Shown: positions 44,559 through 54,767 of the stretch, one piece after another
How the letters are laid out: every line of letters starts with the position of its first letter
How positions within the stretch are numbered: position 1 is the first letter of the stretch
NCBI GenBank assembly: GCA_028821235.1
Contig: JAPPGV010000076.1
Span: forward strand, 32,657 to 96,656
DNA from: a bacterium
GTDB lineage: Bacteria; Actinomycetota; Acidimicrobiia; Spongiisociales; Spongiisociaceae
DNA length: 64,000 nucleotides
Direction of reading: 5' to 3'
Notes under the pieces: generated by a model
Seen by the model: the letters and a program-made list of their open reading frames with translations, nothing else
Database searches by the model: none
What the model was told of the DNA's origin: nothing
Made by a program: the position numbers and the translations under genes

Positions 44559-45913
44559 GCCTCTCCCCCGATCTCTGCCAGCGCCCCGATCAACGCGTCT
44601 ACGTGCGCATCGGGAGTCGCCTCGGTCACGGCGAACAGCAGGGCATCGCGCGCCTCGGGCTCCGGCCGCCCCGACACGTCGAGGCCCGCTCCGATGCCGC
44701 GCTCGGCCAGCTGAGCCACCAGTTCGGCGGCGGGGATGGGCCCTCGAACGAGGAACTCCTGGAGCCAGGGCCCGCGTTCGGGTGTCTCGTAACCGGGCAG
44801 CGCCGCGATGCGGGAGGCGGCGTCGTGGGCGCGCTGGTAGCAGAGCACGGCGGAGTCGCGTAGACCGCTCGGGCCCAGCCCCTGGACGGTGATGGTGAAG
44901 GCGACCGCTATCAAGGCTTGCGCGGTGGACACGTTCGACGTGGCCCGCTCCCTCCGGATGAACTGCTCGCGGGCCTGGAGGGTGAGCACGTACCCGGTGC
45001 GTTGGTATCCGCTGCCGTTCCCGTCGGCGAGTTCTCTGGTCCGTCCGACGATGCGACCCGGCATCTGCCTCAAGTACTTGGTGCGCGCGGCGAACAAACC
45101 GAGGGACGGCCCGCCGTAGTTGGGAGGACCGGCCAGGTCACGGCCCTCGCCGGTCACGATGTCGGCGCCGGCATCGCCCGGCGCCCGTAGCAGGCCCAGC
45201 GCGAACGGGTCGGCGACCGCCACGAACAGCGCCCCGACCGCATGGGCAGCATCGGCGAGCGGTTCGAGGTCCACGATGGTTCCGAGGAAGTCCGGTTGCT
45301 GGGCTACCAGGCAGGCGTGCTCTTGACCGATCGCATCGGGCGACGGAACTTGATCAACGGCCAGCCCGGCGCCGTGCGCGTAGGTGCGAACCACTTCGGC
45401 GGTTCCGGGATGGATGGGTTCTAGCAGCGCGACGGTCCTCCGCTTCGTGACCCGGGCCGCCAGCAGGCAGGCCTCGGCGGTGGCGCTGGCCACGTCGTAG
45501 AGCCCGGCGTTGGAGACGTCCATGCCGGTCAGCTCGCAGACGACCGACTGGTACTCGAACGCGGCCTGCAGGGTCCCCTGGCTGATCTCCGGCTGGTAGG
45601 GCGTGTAGGAGGTGGCGAACTCGGAACGTGAGGTCAGGTATCCGGTGATGGCCGGGATGGAGCGCCGGTAAGCACCCGCGCCCAGAAAGTCGGGCCGTGA
45701 CGGCGGCGCGTTGGCGGCGGCGCGCTCCTCCATCAACGCGATCAGATCCGCCTCCGGTAGGGCGGGTGGGAGGTGGATCGCCGGGTCCCGCATGGCTGCG
45801 GGCAGGTCGGCAAAGAGGGCGCCCACATCGGGGGCTCCGATCCGCTCCAGCATCCGCGCCCGGTCCGCCTCCGTGGCCGGGATGTAGGGATGCGGTGAGG
45901 GCCGCGCAGGCAT
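44555..45913 (-). CDS. gcvPA: Glycine dehydrogenase (decarboxylating), subunit 1
   Basis: Typical PYIP..E..R..ML..IG N-terminus. Start at internal Met (45913), just downstream of the gcvH stop. Confidence 0.93.
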   Translation of the reverse strand: MPARPSPHPYIPATEADRARMLERIGAPDVGALFADLPAAMRDPAIHLPPALPEADLIALMEERAAANAPPSRPDFLGAGAYRRSIPAITGYLTSRSEFATSYTPYQPEISQGTLQAAFEYQSVVCELTGMDVSNAGLYDVASATAEACLLAARVTKRRTVALLEPIHPGTAEVVRTYAHGAGLAVDQVPSPDAIGQEHACLVAQQPDFLGTIVDLEPLADAAHAVGALFVAVADPFALGLLRAPGDAGADIVTGEGRDLAGPPNYGGPSLGLFAARTKYLRQMPGRIVGRTRELADGNGSGYQRTGYVLTLQAREQFIRRERATSNVSTAQALIAVAFTITVQGLGPSGLRDSAVLCYQRAHDAASRIAALPGYETPERGPWLQEFLVRGPIPAAELVAQLAERGIGAGLDVSGRPEPEARDALLFAVTEATPDAHVDALIGALAEIGGEA

Positions 45914-45920
45914 CAGCGTC

Positions 45921-46328
45921 TCAGTGGTCCTCAAGCAGCGTCCGGTAGGCGGACGCGTCGAGCAGGTCTTCGAGTTGTGCCGCATCGGCCATGCGGACGC
46001 GGATCATCCAGCCGTCTCCGTAGGGAGAGTCGTTGACCAGCTCCGGCTGGTCTTCGAGGTCCCCGTTGACGGCGACCACCTCGCCATCCACCGGGGCGTA
46101 GAGGTCGGAGACCGTCTTGGCCGATTCGATCTCGCCGCAGGCCTCACCCGCGGTGACCCGGTCCCCTTCGGTGGGAAGCTCCAGGTACACCACGTCACCC
46201 ACCCCGTCCTGGGCGAAGTCCGTGATGCCGATGACGCCCTCGTCCGGCTTCTCCTCGTCACGGCGAAGCCACTCGTGTTCCTCCGAGTAGAAGAGGTTGT
46301 CCGGAATCTCGAAATCGGCCTTCATCAC
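45921..46328 (-). CDS. gcvH: Glycine cleavage system H protein
   Basis: Lipoyl-lysine motif EIESAKTVSDLYAP. Confidence 0.95.
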   Translation of the reverse strand: MMKADFEIPDNLFYSEEHEWLRRDEEKPDEGVIGITDFAQDGVGDVVYLELPTEGDRVTAGEACGEIESAKTVSDLYAPVDGEVVAVNGDLEDQPELVNDSPYGDGWMIRVRMADAAQLEDLLDASAYRTLLEDH

Positions 46329-47440
46329 TCCCTCGACTTTCTGTAGAACGGACGGCGAACGACTTCGACCGGGAGCATACGCCCGCGCACATCGACTTCG
46401 AACCGGGCGCCGGTCTTCGCAAGCTCCACGGGAAGGTAGGCCATGCCGATGCCGAGACGCAAGCTCGGGCTGAAGCTTCCGCTGGTGAGCCGAGCCACGG
46501 GGTCGCCGCCTTCCGGAGCGTGCACGGCGTAGCCCGACCGCAGTACGCCGCGCCCGCGCGCCTCGAGGTGGGCGAGCCGCCGTGTCCGGGGTCGCCCCCG
46601 CGCCTCGACCAGCGCATCGCGCCCTGTAAATGGCGCACCGTCATCGAGGGTCACCGCAAAACCCAGGCCGGCGTCGTAGGGGCTCGTCTCCGCGTCCAGA
46701 TCGTTGCCGTACAGGGGCAGCGCAGCCTCCAGGCGCAGCGTGTCCCGCGCCCCGAGACCCGCCGGCGATGCCCCTCCCTCGATCAGCGCATCCCACAACG
46801 CCGCGGCCTGCGCGAGCCCGACTACGCACTCGCCGCCGTCCTCGCCCGTATAGCCGGTGCGGGCGAACATGACCTGCCCACCGTCCCAGTCGAGTTCCAC
46901 GCAGGAGCGCATCTCGAGCCCCTCTACGGCGGGCCCGAGGACCGTGCTCAGAAGCGACAACGCGTCCGGACCCTGCACGGCCAGCATCGCGGTCTCAGCG
47001 GTGATCTCGGAGGCCTCGTCGCCGAACACGGACCGGAGCCGGTCGAAGTCCTGCTCGGCGTTGGAAGCGTTGTGGACGACCGCCCACCGCTCTCCGGCCA
47101 GCCGGTAGACGAACACGTCATCATCGATGCCCCCGGCCTCGTTGCAGTAGAGCGAGTAGTGCGCCTTGCCGGGCACGAGCCCGGTCACATCGAAGGTGGT
47201 CACCGATCTGAGCAGCGGCCCCGCCTGCGATCCCTGCACCAGGGCCCGGCCGAGGTGAGAGACATCGAAGACCCCCACCCCTTCGCGTACGGCATGGTGC
47301 TCGCCGACTATCCCCTGGTACTGGAGCGGCATCTCCCAGCCGGCGAAGGGTGCGAAGCGGGCGCCGAGGGCTTCGTGCCGGTCCCGCAGGGTTAGCTGTC
47401 TGAGCCTGCGTCCGGCGCCCGAACCGCCGTCTTCTGTCAC
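46325..47440 (-). CDS. gcvT: Aminomethyltransferase (glycine cleavage T protein)
   Basis: FAGWEMPLQY, DVSHLG, ARDTLRLEA motifs. Confidence 0.95.
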   Translation of the reverse strand: MTEDGGSGAGRRLRQLTLRDRHEALGARFAPFAGWEMPLQYQGIVGEHHAVREGVGVFDVSHLGRALVQGSQAGPLLRSVTTFDVTGLVPGKAHYSLYCNEAGGIDDDVFVYRLAGERWAVVHNASNAEQDFDRLRSVFGDEASEITAETAMLAVQGPDALSLLSTVLGPAVEGLEMRSCVELDWDGGQVMFARTGYTGEDGGECVVGLAQAAALWDALIEGGASPAGLGARDTLRLEAALPLYGNDLDAETSPYDAGLGFAVTLDDGAPFTGRDALVEARGRPRTRRLAHLEARGRGVLRSGYAVHAPEGGDPVARLTSGSFSPSLRLGIGMAYLPVELAKTGARFEVDVRGRMLPVEVVRRPFYRKSRE

Positions 47441-47499
47441 ACCCTCAGTTTAGCGACGGTTTTTTCACGGCCTTGGCTTCATGATGAAGACCCCCGGCA

Positions 47500-48714
47500 T
47501 TATTCAGGCGGACCGAAGGCGCCTCGGAGGCGGGCTGCCTCGATGCGGGCATCGTCCCAACCCATCTCCCGCAGTACCGATTCGGTGTGCTCGCCCGGGT
47601 CGGGGGCCGGGCCCGTCGGACGAAGGTCGGCGCCCTCCATCTCGAACGGCGTCGCCACAGTCCGGAACGTACCCGCGGCAGGGTGTTCGATCTCGGGATA
47701 GAGACCCAGGACCTCGGCCTGCGGGTCCGAGGCCACGTCGCTCAGGCTGGAAGCCGGACTCCAGACCAGGCCCGCCTCTTCGAGGACCACGCCCCACTCC
47801 CCCAGGGTCCTCTTCGCGAACGCTCGATCGAGGCGCTGGACCACCAGATCCATGTTCTCGCGGCGGGCGTCCGCGTCGGCGAAGCGCTCGTCCTCGATCA
47901 TGTCCTCGACACCCAGCGCCACACAGAGCGGTCGCCACATCGCACCCCCTGGCATGGTCAGGAACAGCCACCGATCGTCCGAGGTCCGGTAGCGGTTGTT
48001 CAGGGCCGTGACCTCGGACGACCTCGACCGGTGCTCACGGTCCCGTCCGTCCACCAGGGTGGCGGCCAGCATGCTGGCCATGGTCCAGATCCCCATTGAG
48101 AGGAGGCTGGTGTCAACCACCTGGCCGCGGCCGGTCCGCTCGGCGGTCCGGAGACCCAGCAGGATCGCTGCCACCATCGCCATGGCGGTGGCGTGATCAC
48201 CGGGTCCCGTCGGCGGCTTGGGAGCGTCGCCATCGGGCGGCGTCATGGTGTCGATCATGCCGCCGCGGGCGAAGAAGGCGGTCATGTCGAAGCCGGGCCG
48301 GTGCGCCTCGGGGCCCCGGCTCCCGTACCCGCTCACCCGAGCCACCACCAACCTCGGGTTGGCCTCCAGCAGGTCGGACGGTTCCAGGCCGTATTTCACC
48401 AGCCGGTAGTTGAGCATGTTGGTGAGGAACACGTCTGCGGAGCCCGTCAGCGCCAGCAGTGCCTCCCGGCCCGCCTCCCTGTTGACCGCCAGGGTCACGG
48501 ACCGCTTACCCCGATTGCTCACCGTGAACGGATAGTCCACCTGGGCGGCGGGGCCGCCGACCTCGGGAGAGCGGAGGAAGCCGCGCACCGGATCACCGTT
48601 CGGGGGCTCCACCTTGATGACGTCGGCGCCGAGATCGGCCAGGACCGCTCCCGCCGCCGGCGCGGCGATCCAGTTGGCCAACTCCACGACACGTACGTCG
48701 GCCAGCGGCTTCAT
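47500..48714 (-). CDS. CoA transferase, family III (CaiB/BaiF)
   Basis: N-terminus L.DVRVVELANWIAAPAAGAVLADLGADVIKVEPP.GDP.R is typical of the family. Confidence 0.9.
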   Translation of the reverse strand: MKPLADVRVVELANWIAAPAAGAVLADLGADVIKVEPPNGDPVRGFLRSPEVGGPAAQVDYPFTVSNRGKRSVTLAVNREAGREALLALTGSADVFLTNMLNYRLVKYGLEPSDLLEANPRLVVARVSGYGSRGPEAHRPGFDMTAFFARGGMIDTMTPPDGDAPKPPTGPGDHATAMAMVAAILLGLRTAERTGRGQVVDTSLLSMGIWTMASMLAATLVDGRDREHRSRSSEVTALNNRYRTSDDRWLFLTMPGGAMWRPLCVALGVEDMIEDERFADADARRENMDLVVQRLDRAFAKRTLGEWGVVLEEAGLVWSPASSLSDVASDPQAEVLGLYPEIEHPAAGTFRTVATPFEMEGADLRPTGPAPDPGEHTESVLREMGWDDARIEAARLRGAFGPPE

Positions 48715-48744
48715 GCCACGCGCACCCGAGCCGGCGCCATACGG

Positions 48745-49629
48745 TTACGTAGCCGAAGCTTCGGACACGTTGCCCACCAGCCGGTCCAGCACCGCATCGA
48801 ACTCCTCCTGGGACTGGTCCACCCTCAAGCCCTCCAGGAGGGCCCGGCTGAAGCTGGCCACCATGCCGCGCTGCCGGGCCAGGCGCTCGCACGCCTCCAC
48901 GTGATCGTAGCCCCCGGAGAGGGCCGCCACCCGGACCAGGTTGGGATGCTCGACCAGACCCGAGTACAGGTTCTCCTGGCTGGGTAGGGTCAGCTTGAGC
49001 ATCACGCCCGAGTCCCCCAGCCGGCCCAGCCGGGCCCGGATGGCCCCCAGCAACAGGTCCTCCGCCTCGGCCTTCTCGGGGCTGTCGATATCCACCTCGG
49101 GCTCGAGGATCGGGATCATTCCGGCCTCAAGGATCCGCTCACCCACCTCGAACTGCTGCTCCACGTTGGCCTCGATGCCCTCCCTGTCGGCCAGCTTGAT
49201 GACGGAACGCATCTTGGTGCCGAAGATCGCGCTCTCCCGCCCTTCTTCCAGCAGGTCCCCCAGGCCGGTCATCGGCCTCATGAGCTGGACGCCGTCCCGC
49301 TCCTCGTCCAGGCCCTCGTCCACCTTCAGGAAGGGCACCACGCCCTTCTCTCCCCACAGGTAGCGCGCCGTGTCCAGACCCTCGATCCGGCGGCGCATCG
49401 TGTCGGCGAACAGGATGGCCCCCAAGATCCGGTCCCCACCGAAACCGGGGCTGGTGATGACCCGGGTCCGCATGTCATGGATCAGATCGAACATCTCGTC
49501 GCTGGTCGAGTAGGCGTCCTCCGGTACCCCGTATCCCGCCAGCGCCTTGGGTGAGCTACCCCCGCTCTGGTCCAGGGCGGCGATGAACCCCTTCCCTTCC
49601 TTAACCTTCTGCAACTGGTTTAAGTTCAT
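48745..49629 (-). CDS. Fructose-bisphosphate aldolase, class I
   Basis: N-terminus GKGFIAALDQSGGSSPKAL is typical of bacterial class I FBA. Confidence 0.85.
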   Translation of the reverse strand: MNLNQLQKVKEGKGFIAALDQSGGSSPKALAGYGVPEDAYSTSDEMFDLIHDMRTRVITSPGFGGDRILGAILFADTMRRRIEGLDTARYLWGEKGVVPFLKVDEGLDEERDGVQLMRPMTGLGDLLEEGRESAIFGTKMRSVIKLADREGIEANVEQQFEVGERILEAGMIPILEPEVDIDSPEKAEAEDLLLGAIRARLGRLGDSGVMLKLTLPSQENLYSGLVEHPNLVRVAALSGGYDHVEACERLARQRGMVASFSRALLEGLRVDQSQEEFDAVLDRLVGNVSEASAT

Positions 49630-49708
49630 GTTCTCGTTCCGGCTAGTCCTACTTCGTGGGCCCGCACCGGCGGGACGGTCCGCCCGCGCTCGCCGCTACG
49701 TTAATGGT

Positions 49709-51001
49709 GTGAGCACCGACTATCCGCAGCCCCGGTCTCCCTCGAAGATCTCCCGCGCCACCCGGGCCGTGGGCCGCAAGATCGAGGGGCAGTTCTCACG
49801 ACACGGCTGGGCCTTCCGGCGACTGGCTATCTCCCATGCCACGAACGTGGCCGGAGACGCCCTGGTGGCCCTGGCCCTGGCCGACACGCTGTTCTTCTCG
49901 GTGCCCACCACGGAGGCTCGGGGCAATGTGGTTGCCTTCCTTCTCCTCACCCTGGCACCCTTCGCCGTGATCGGACCCGTGCTCGGGTCGCTGGTCCACC
50001 GGCTGCCTCGCAGCCACCGGGCCGGCCTGGCCGTCGGATCGTTGGGGCGGGTGGTGCTGGTGATCGCCATGATGCGGGCGGAGACCGACGTAGTGATGCT
50101 GTCGATGGTGTTCGGGATCCTGGTGCTGTCCCGGATCTACGGGATCAGCCGCAGCTCGATCCTGCCGACCGCGCTACCCGATCCGGCCGATCTGGTGGAG
50201 GCCAATGCCCGCCTCGCCCGGCTCGGAATCCTCGCCGGGGGCGCCATCCTCCCGATCGGGCTGGGCGCCATCAACCTGGTGGGAAACACGGCTGCGCTCG
50301 TGCTGGCAGCCTGCATCTTCGCCTGGTCGGGCATCGCCGCTCTTGGTCTTCGGGTCGACCTCAGGCCGGCCGCCCGGCATCCGGGCGCGGAGGGGTTCCG
50401 CGCCGCCCGCTCCCCCGCCTCCCGGCGGGCGGTCCGCCACGCCCGCATAGCCACCGCCATCGTCCGCCTCCTGAACGGCTACCTCCTCCTCCTGGTGGCT
50501 TTCGTGTTCCGCGACAACGAGGCGGGAATCGTGGGATTCGGCAGCCTGCTGCTCGCCGCCGGCGCCGGCTTCGGCGTGGCATCGCTGCTGGCCCAGTTCC
50601 TGGCTCGGCGCCTTCGTGAGGAACCGATGGTGGTGGCGGCCCTGGCCCTGGAGGCGGCCGCCGCGTTCATCAGCGCCCATGTGTTCGGGGTCTGGTCGGC
50701 GGCGGCCGTGGCCTTCTTCGCCGGGCTCGCCTGGGGAACGGCCAAGTTCGGATACGACGGTCTGCTCCACGCCAGCGTCAGGCCCGAGGAACGGGGCCGG
50801 ACGTTCACATATTCGGAGACCCTCTTCCAACTCGCCTGGGTGGTGGGGGCGGTCATTCCCGTGCTGGTGCGCATCCCCGCCACGCTCGGGCTGATCCTGG
50901 CCGGATGTGCGGCGCTACTGGCCCAGGTGGTCCTGGTCAGCGCCCTACTGATCTCGATGGCCGAGCCCGCCGATACGGACCCCTACGGCATCCATCGTTA
51001 G
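49709..51001 (+). CDS. MFS-type transporter (about 12 TM)
   Basis: Hydrophobicity pattern in two six-helix halves. GTG 49709 chosen to clear the divergent aldolase gene. The stop TAG is shared with the MITE end. Confidence 0.6.
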   Translation: MSTDYPQPRSPSKISRATRAVGRKIEGQFSRHGWAFRRLAISHATNVAGDALVALALADTLFFSVPTTEARGNVVAFLLLTLAPFAVIGPVLGSLVHRLPRSHRAGLAVGSLGRVVLVIAMMRAETDVVMLSMVFGILVLSRIYGISRSSILPTALPDPADLVEANARLARLGILAGGAILPIGLGAINLVGNTAALVLAACIFAWSGIAALGLRVDLRPAARHPGAEGFRAARSPASRRAVRHARIATAIVRLLNGYLLLLVAFVFRDNEAGIVGFGSLLLAAGAGFGVASLLAQFLARRLREEPMVVAALALEAAAAFISAHVFGVWSAAAVAFFAGLAWGTAKFGYDGLLHASVRPEERGRTFTYSETLFQLAWVVGAVIPVLVRIPATLGLILAGCAALLAQVVLVSALLISMAEPADTDPYGIHR

Positions 51002-51162
51002 TGGTCTGTCTGTGGTATGGCGGTGTGGTATGGCGTCGCCAGCGGTGTTCCTCGCAAGGCGCGCTGACGAAGGCGTACCCGCAGCGGTACGTTGAGGAAG
51101 CGGAACGCGCGACGGGACGCCGATGGCCGCCATAGCACCCGGTTGTGGCGCAGACAGACCAC
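51001..51162. mobile_element. MITE-like palindromic element, copy 2
   Basis: Same TIRs and TA flanks (50999-51000, 51163-64) as copy 1. Roughly nine differences over the first ~130 nt by hand alignment; the last ~25 internal nt diverge. Confidence 0.75.
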
Positions 51163-52757
51163 TAGTTCCGCCTTCCGCGTTCCTCGAATATCCGCTGGAT
51201 CTGCTGGATGGTGTCGGCCTGGTCGGGCGGCTTGTCGGGCCGGTACTGCTTGACGCGGGCGAAGCGGAGCGCAACCCCGCCCGGATACACCGGGCTCGAC
51301 TGGACGCCGTCGAACGCCACCTCGACCACCACCTCCGGCCGTACGAGCACGACATGGCGTTCCCGGCGGACCGCGATCTCGAGAAACCGCTCGGTCTGCC
51401 AGGCGAGCATCGCATCGGTCAGGCCCTTGAAGGTCTTTCCCACCATCACGAACCCTTCGCTCTCTACGTCCCTGGCGCCCAGGTGCAGGTTGGAGAGCCG
51501 CCCGGTCCGGCGCCCGTGGCCCCATTCGGCGGCCAGCACCACCAGGTCGAGGTGATAAGCCGGCTTGACCTTGAGCCAGGCCGATCCCCTCCGGCCCGCT
51601 TGGTAGGTGGAGCCGATCGCCTTGACCATGATCCCTTCGTGGCGGCTCCGGCGGGCCTCCGACAGAGCGCCCTCGGCTTCCAGGACCCGGTCGGTCACCA
51701 GCCTGGGTACCCGGCATCCGGCAGGGACCAGATTGTCGAGCACGGAGATGCGCCGGCCGAGGGGGAGGTCGATCAGGTCCTCGCCGTCGAGATGCAGGAT
51801 GTCGAAGAAGTACGGGTACAGCGGCTTCCTGTCGCCTTCCTCGTGGGTGCCGAAGTGGCTCATGATCTGCTCGAAACGCTCCGGCCGGCCCTCGACGTCA
51901 TGGGCCAGAACCTCTCCGTCGAGCACCACGCTCGTGACGGGAAGACCGGATACCACCTCTGCCACCAGCGGCAGCCGATCGGTGACGTCGTTGAGCCGCC
52001 GGCTGAACACCGCCACCTCCGAACCGGCCCGGTGCGCCTGGATGCGGACGCCGTCGAGCTTCCACTCCACCGACGCCCGGCCGGACGACTCCATCGCATC
52101 GGCGGCCGACCCCGAGGTCGAGGCCAGCATGGGCCGGACCGGCCGCAGCGGAACGATGCGCATCGCCCGCAGCGCGGCCTCTCCTTCAGTGAGGGCCGGA
52201 ACGGCGATCGATCCGAGATCGCCGCCGAGCATGGCGGCCCGCCTCACCACCGCGGAATCGATGCCCGAAGCCGCCGCCACCGCGTCCATCATGAGGCCCT
52301 CGAGTGCTCCGTGCCGGAGCTCTCCGGTGAGCAGCCGCCGCAGGTAGTCCTGCTCGTCAGCGGTGGCTCTACCGAGCAGGGACTCGAGCAGGTCGGTCCT
52401 GCGAGCCCGGGAACCGGGGCCCTTGATCCCCGGGAAAGCACCTATCACCCGATCGACCTCCACGATGTCGAGGATCGGTTCCGGGGCGGGATCGACCTTC
52501 GACGCCCACAGCGCGGCCGGGCCTACACCGATGCGTCCCTGGCGCGGCCGGCCGGCCAGGAACCCGACCAGGATCCGTATCTCGTCAGGCCTCGCTCCGG
52601 CAAGGAGTTCGGCCAGGCCGGCCACCTTGGCGCGCCGCGCCCTGGTGCCTGCGATCTTCTGCGACGTAGCTACCACCTCGGCAAGTCTCAACCGCGCCTC
52701 CGATCGACCTACGGCCGGGTTTTCGGCCCGAAATTTACTCGTGAAACGCCCGGCCAT
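51162..52757 (-). CDS. ligB: ATP-dependent DNA ligase
   Basis: Adenylation motif I EWKLDGVR, plus motifs III-V and an OB-fold region. The stop codon (CTA on the plus strand, 51162-51164) is formed by the last MITE base plus the TA flank. Confidence 0.9.
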   Translation of the reverse strand: MAGRFTSKFRAENPAVGRSEARLRLAEVVATSQKIAGTRARRAKVAGLAELLAGARPDEIRILVGFLAGRPRQGRIGVGPAALWASKVDPAPEPILDIVEVDRVIGAFPGIKGPGSRARRTDLLESLLGRATADEQDYLRRLLTGELRHGALEGLMMDAVAAASGIDSAVVRRAAMLGGDLGSIAVPALTEGEAALRAMRIVPLRPVRPMLASTSGSAADAMESSGRASVEWKLDGVRIQAHRAGSEVAVFSRRLNDVTDRLPLVAEVVSGLPVTSVVLDGEVLAHDVEGRPERFEQIMSHFGTHEEGDRKPLYPYFFDILHLDGEDLIDLPLGRRISVLDNLVPAGCRVPRLVTDRVLEAEGALSEARRSRHEGIMVKAIGSTYQAGRRGSAWLKVKPAYHLDLVVLAAEWGHGRRTGRLSNLHLGARDVESEGFVMVGKTFKGLTDAMLAWQTERFLEIAVRRERHVVLVRPEVVVEVAFDGVQSSPVYPGGVALRFARVKQYRPDKPPDQADTIQQIQRIFEERGRRN

Positions 52758-52856
52758 ACCGTAGAGTCCTAACTACCAAGGGACGGAGCACAAGCCCGCG
52801 GCCGGCGACAGATGAGCACCCACCTCCGGGCCGGCCAGAGCGATCGGGAGGAACAC

Positions 52857-53357
52857 ATGAACCCGCAATGGATGATCATCGCCATCGGCCTGGTGGCACT
52901 CCTGATCGCCTACGCCGCCGTCCGCGATTCCCAGGACGGATGGTCGGGCACAGTCGGCCCGTTGAAGTGGTCCTTCGCCGGAAGCTGGTCGTCGAGCATC
53001 GCGGTCGTGCTAGCCCTGGTGCTGGTGCTCTTGGGGTTGGGCGCGCAGGCCACCCTCGTCGCCTTCGGGATTCTGGCGGTGCTGGCGCCCCTGATCTACA
53101 AGGGGATCGGTCGATCCGAGGGCGCTTCCAAGCCCGTCTTCTTCATCGTTGCGGCGATCATGACCTGGTCCACGCTGGTAATCCTCTACACGGCCGCCAC
53201 CGCGGTTCCCAACCTGGTGAGCACGCTGCCGATCGTCTCCGTACTCGTGATCGACGCCGCCCTCGTCCTCGCCCTCCTCGGAGCGGTGATCAACAGCGTC
53301 CGTAACCTGGCCGCGGCGGCTTCGAGCGACGGCTCGGAGGCCTGGATCCTGCCCTGA
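52857..53357 (+). CDS. Membrane protein, unknown function
   Basis: Four to five hydrophobic helices. Start at internal Met (52857). Confidence 0.55.
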   Translation: MNPQWMIIAIGLVALLIAYAAVRDSQDGWSGTVGPLKWSFAGSWSSSIAVVLALVLVLLGLGAQATLVAFGILAVLAPLIYKGIGRSEGASKPVFFIVAAIMTWSTLVILYTAATAVPNLVSTLPIVSVLVIDAALVLALLGAVINSVRNLAAAASSDGSEAWILP

Positions 53358-53369
53358 TCCAATCCAGGG

Positions 53370-53645
53370 TCAGCTGCCGAAGGGCGAATCCCCGCTACCC
53401 AGCACCGACACCTGACGCTGCTTACCCGACACCGGGCCCGGAAGTATCAGGGCGGGCGCCCGGAATGAGCCGGGGACCTCGAGATCGACCATCATGGTCT
53501 TGCCGTCGAGCGCGCCCCCGCTCCACACGATCATGGTGCCTCCCCAACGATGGCCCGGATGGTCGATCTCACCCAGCGACGCCTCGGCCACGTCCAGGAT
53601 GTTCCCGCCCTCGCCGATGACCCGTACGTAACCCTGGTAACTCAC
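53370..53645 (-). CDS. Hypothetical small protein
   Basis: Coding-like composition. No family recognised. Confidence 0.45.
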   Translation of the reverse strand: MSYQGYVRVIGEGGNILDVAEASLGEIDHPGHRWGGTMIVWSGGALDGKTMMVDLEVPGSFRAPALILPGPVSGKQRQVSVLGSGDSPFGS

Positions 53646-53814
53646 CTACGCATCCTCGCCGGCTCGCTCGCAATCGCGACATCGTAGCCGCTTCATCCGG
53701 TTGCCCCGGCGCGGAGCGAGTCGACCGGAGCCATCCGGGAGGCGCGTCCCCGAGCAGGCACCCGGAACAGGGCTCTTTCCCCATGGCCGCGATTCCAGCC
53801 GGGCGGGGCGGGTG

Positions 53815-54660
53815 CTAGTCGTCGACCAGGTGACGATGCTGATCGAGGAGCGGCACGATTACGTCAGCAGGCGCGGGGGGCAGGAAGATAGTCACCCGGG
53901 ACACCCCCAAGGCTTCGTACCCCTTCCATAGCTCAGCGTCCGGCTGCGAGCCGTAGACGCCGATCTCCACTTCCGACGGATCCCGCCCGGCCTTCTCCAG
54001 AAGCCCGTGCAGTGTGGCGATGTCCCCGGCCAGGTTCTGCGGGTACACGGGCATCCAGCCGTCGCAGTACTCGGCCACGGCCGCCAGCGCCAATGGGCCT
54101 CCTGCGCTACCCATCACGATGGGCGGATGCGGCTTCTGGTAGGGCTTGGGCCATGCCCAACTCTCCTCCAGGCTGATCATCTCTCCCCGGTAGGAAGCCC
54201 GGTCCTCGGTCCACAGGGCTTTCATCAGGGCGATCTTCTCCCGGACCAACCTGTGTCTCGTCCGAGCATCGATGCCGTGGCTGGCCATCTCCTCCCGGTT
54301 CCAGCCGAACCCGATCCCGAACTCGAACCGTCCTTCGGAGATGATGTCCAGCGAAGCCACCTCCTTCGCCAGCCAGATCGGATCCCGTTGCGCCACCAGG
54401 GCGATGCCGGTGCCGACCTTCAACCGATCGGTGGTGGCCGCGACGGCGGCCAGCGCCACGAACGAGTCGTAGGTGTACCGGTACTCCTTCGGCAGCGGCG
54501 GAGCATTCTTCCGCCCTCCCCAGGGAGTGATCCGGCTGGTCGGGATATGGCTGTGCTCCGCCACCCAGAGCGACTCGTACCCCCGAGCCTCCAGTTCCTC
54601 CCCCAGTTGAACCGGCTGGATCGAGTAGTCGGTAAGGAATATGTTCACCCCGACGCGCAT
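53815..54660 (-). CDS. LLM-class F420-dependent oxidoreductase
   Basis: Luciferase-like TIM-barrel pattern (LGEELEARGYESLWVAEHSHIP...). Confidence 0.85.
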   Translation of the reverse strand: MRVGVNIFLTDYSIQPVQLGEELEARGYESLWVAEHSHIPTSRITPWGGRKNAPPLPKEYRYTYDSFVALAAVAATTDRLKVGTGIALVAQRDPIWLAKEVASLDIISEGRFEFGIGFGWNREEMASHGIDARTRHRLVREKIALMKALWTEDRASYRGEMISLEESWAWPKPYQKPHPPIVMGSAGGPLALAAVAEYCDGWMPVYPQNLAGDIATLHGLLEKAGRDPSEVEIGVYGSQPDAELWKGYEALGVSRVTIFLPPAPADVIVPLLDQHRHLVDD

Positions 54661-54767
54661 CCGTACACTCCTCCAAGTCGATTCCGACCCCGGACCACGA
54701 GGCTAGGGAGGCAGGGTAGCAACGGCTCGGGAGTAGGATTCCGGGTAGTCGACGAGGGTTGGTTTTG

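Noticed and set aside
47441-47499. Glycine riboswitch upstream of gcvT
   Set aside because: Only about 59 nt separate gcvT from the preceding gene's stop. That is too short for a glycine aptamer, and none of the conserved aptamer core was seen.
51123-52772. 549-aa plus ORF opposite the DNA ligase
   Set aside because: Antisense shadow. The minus frame carries the KxDG adenylation motif and the ligase domain order.
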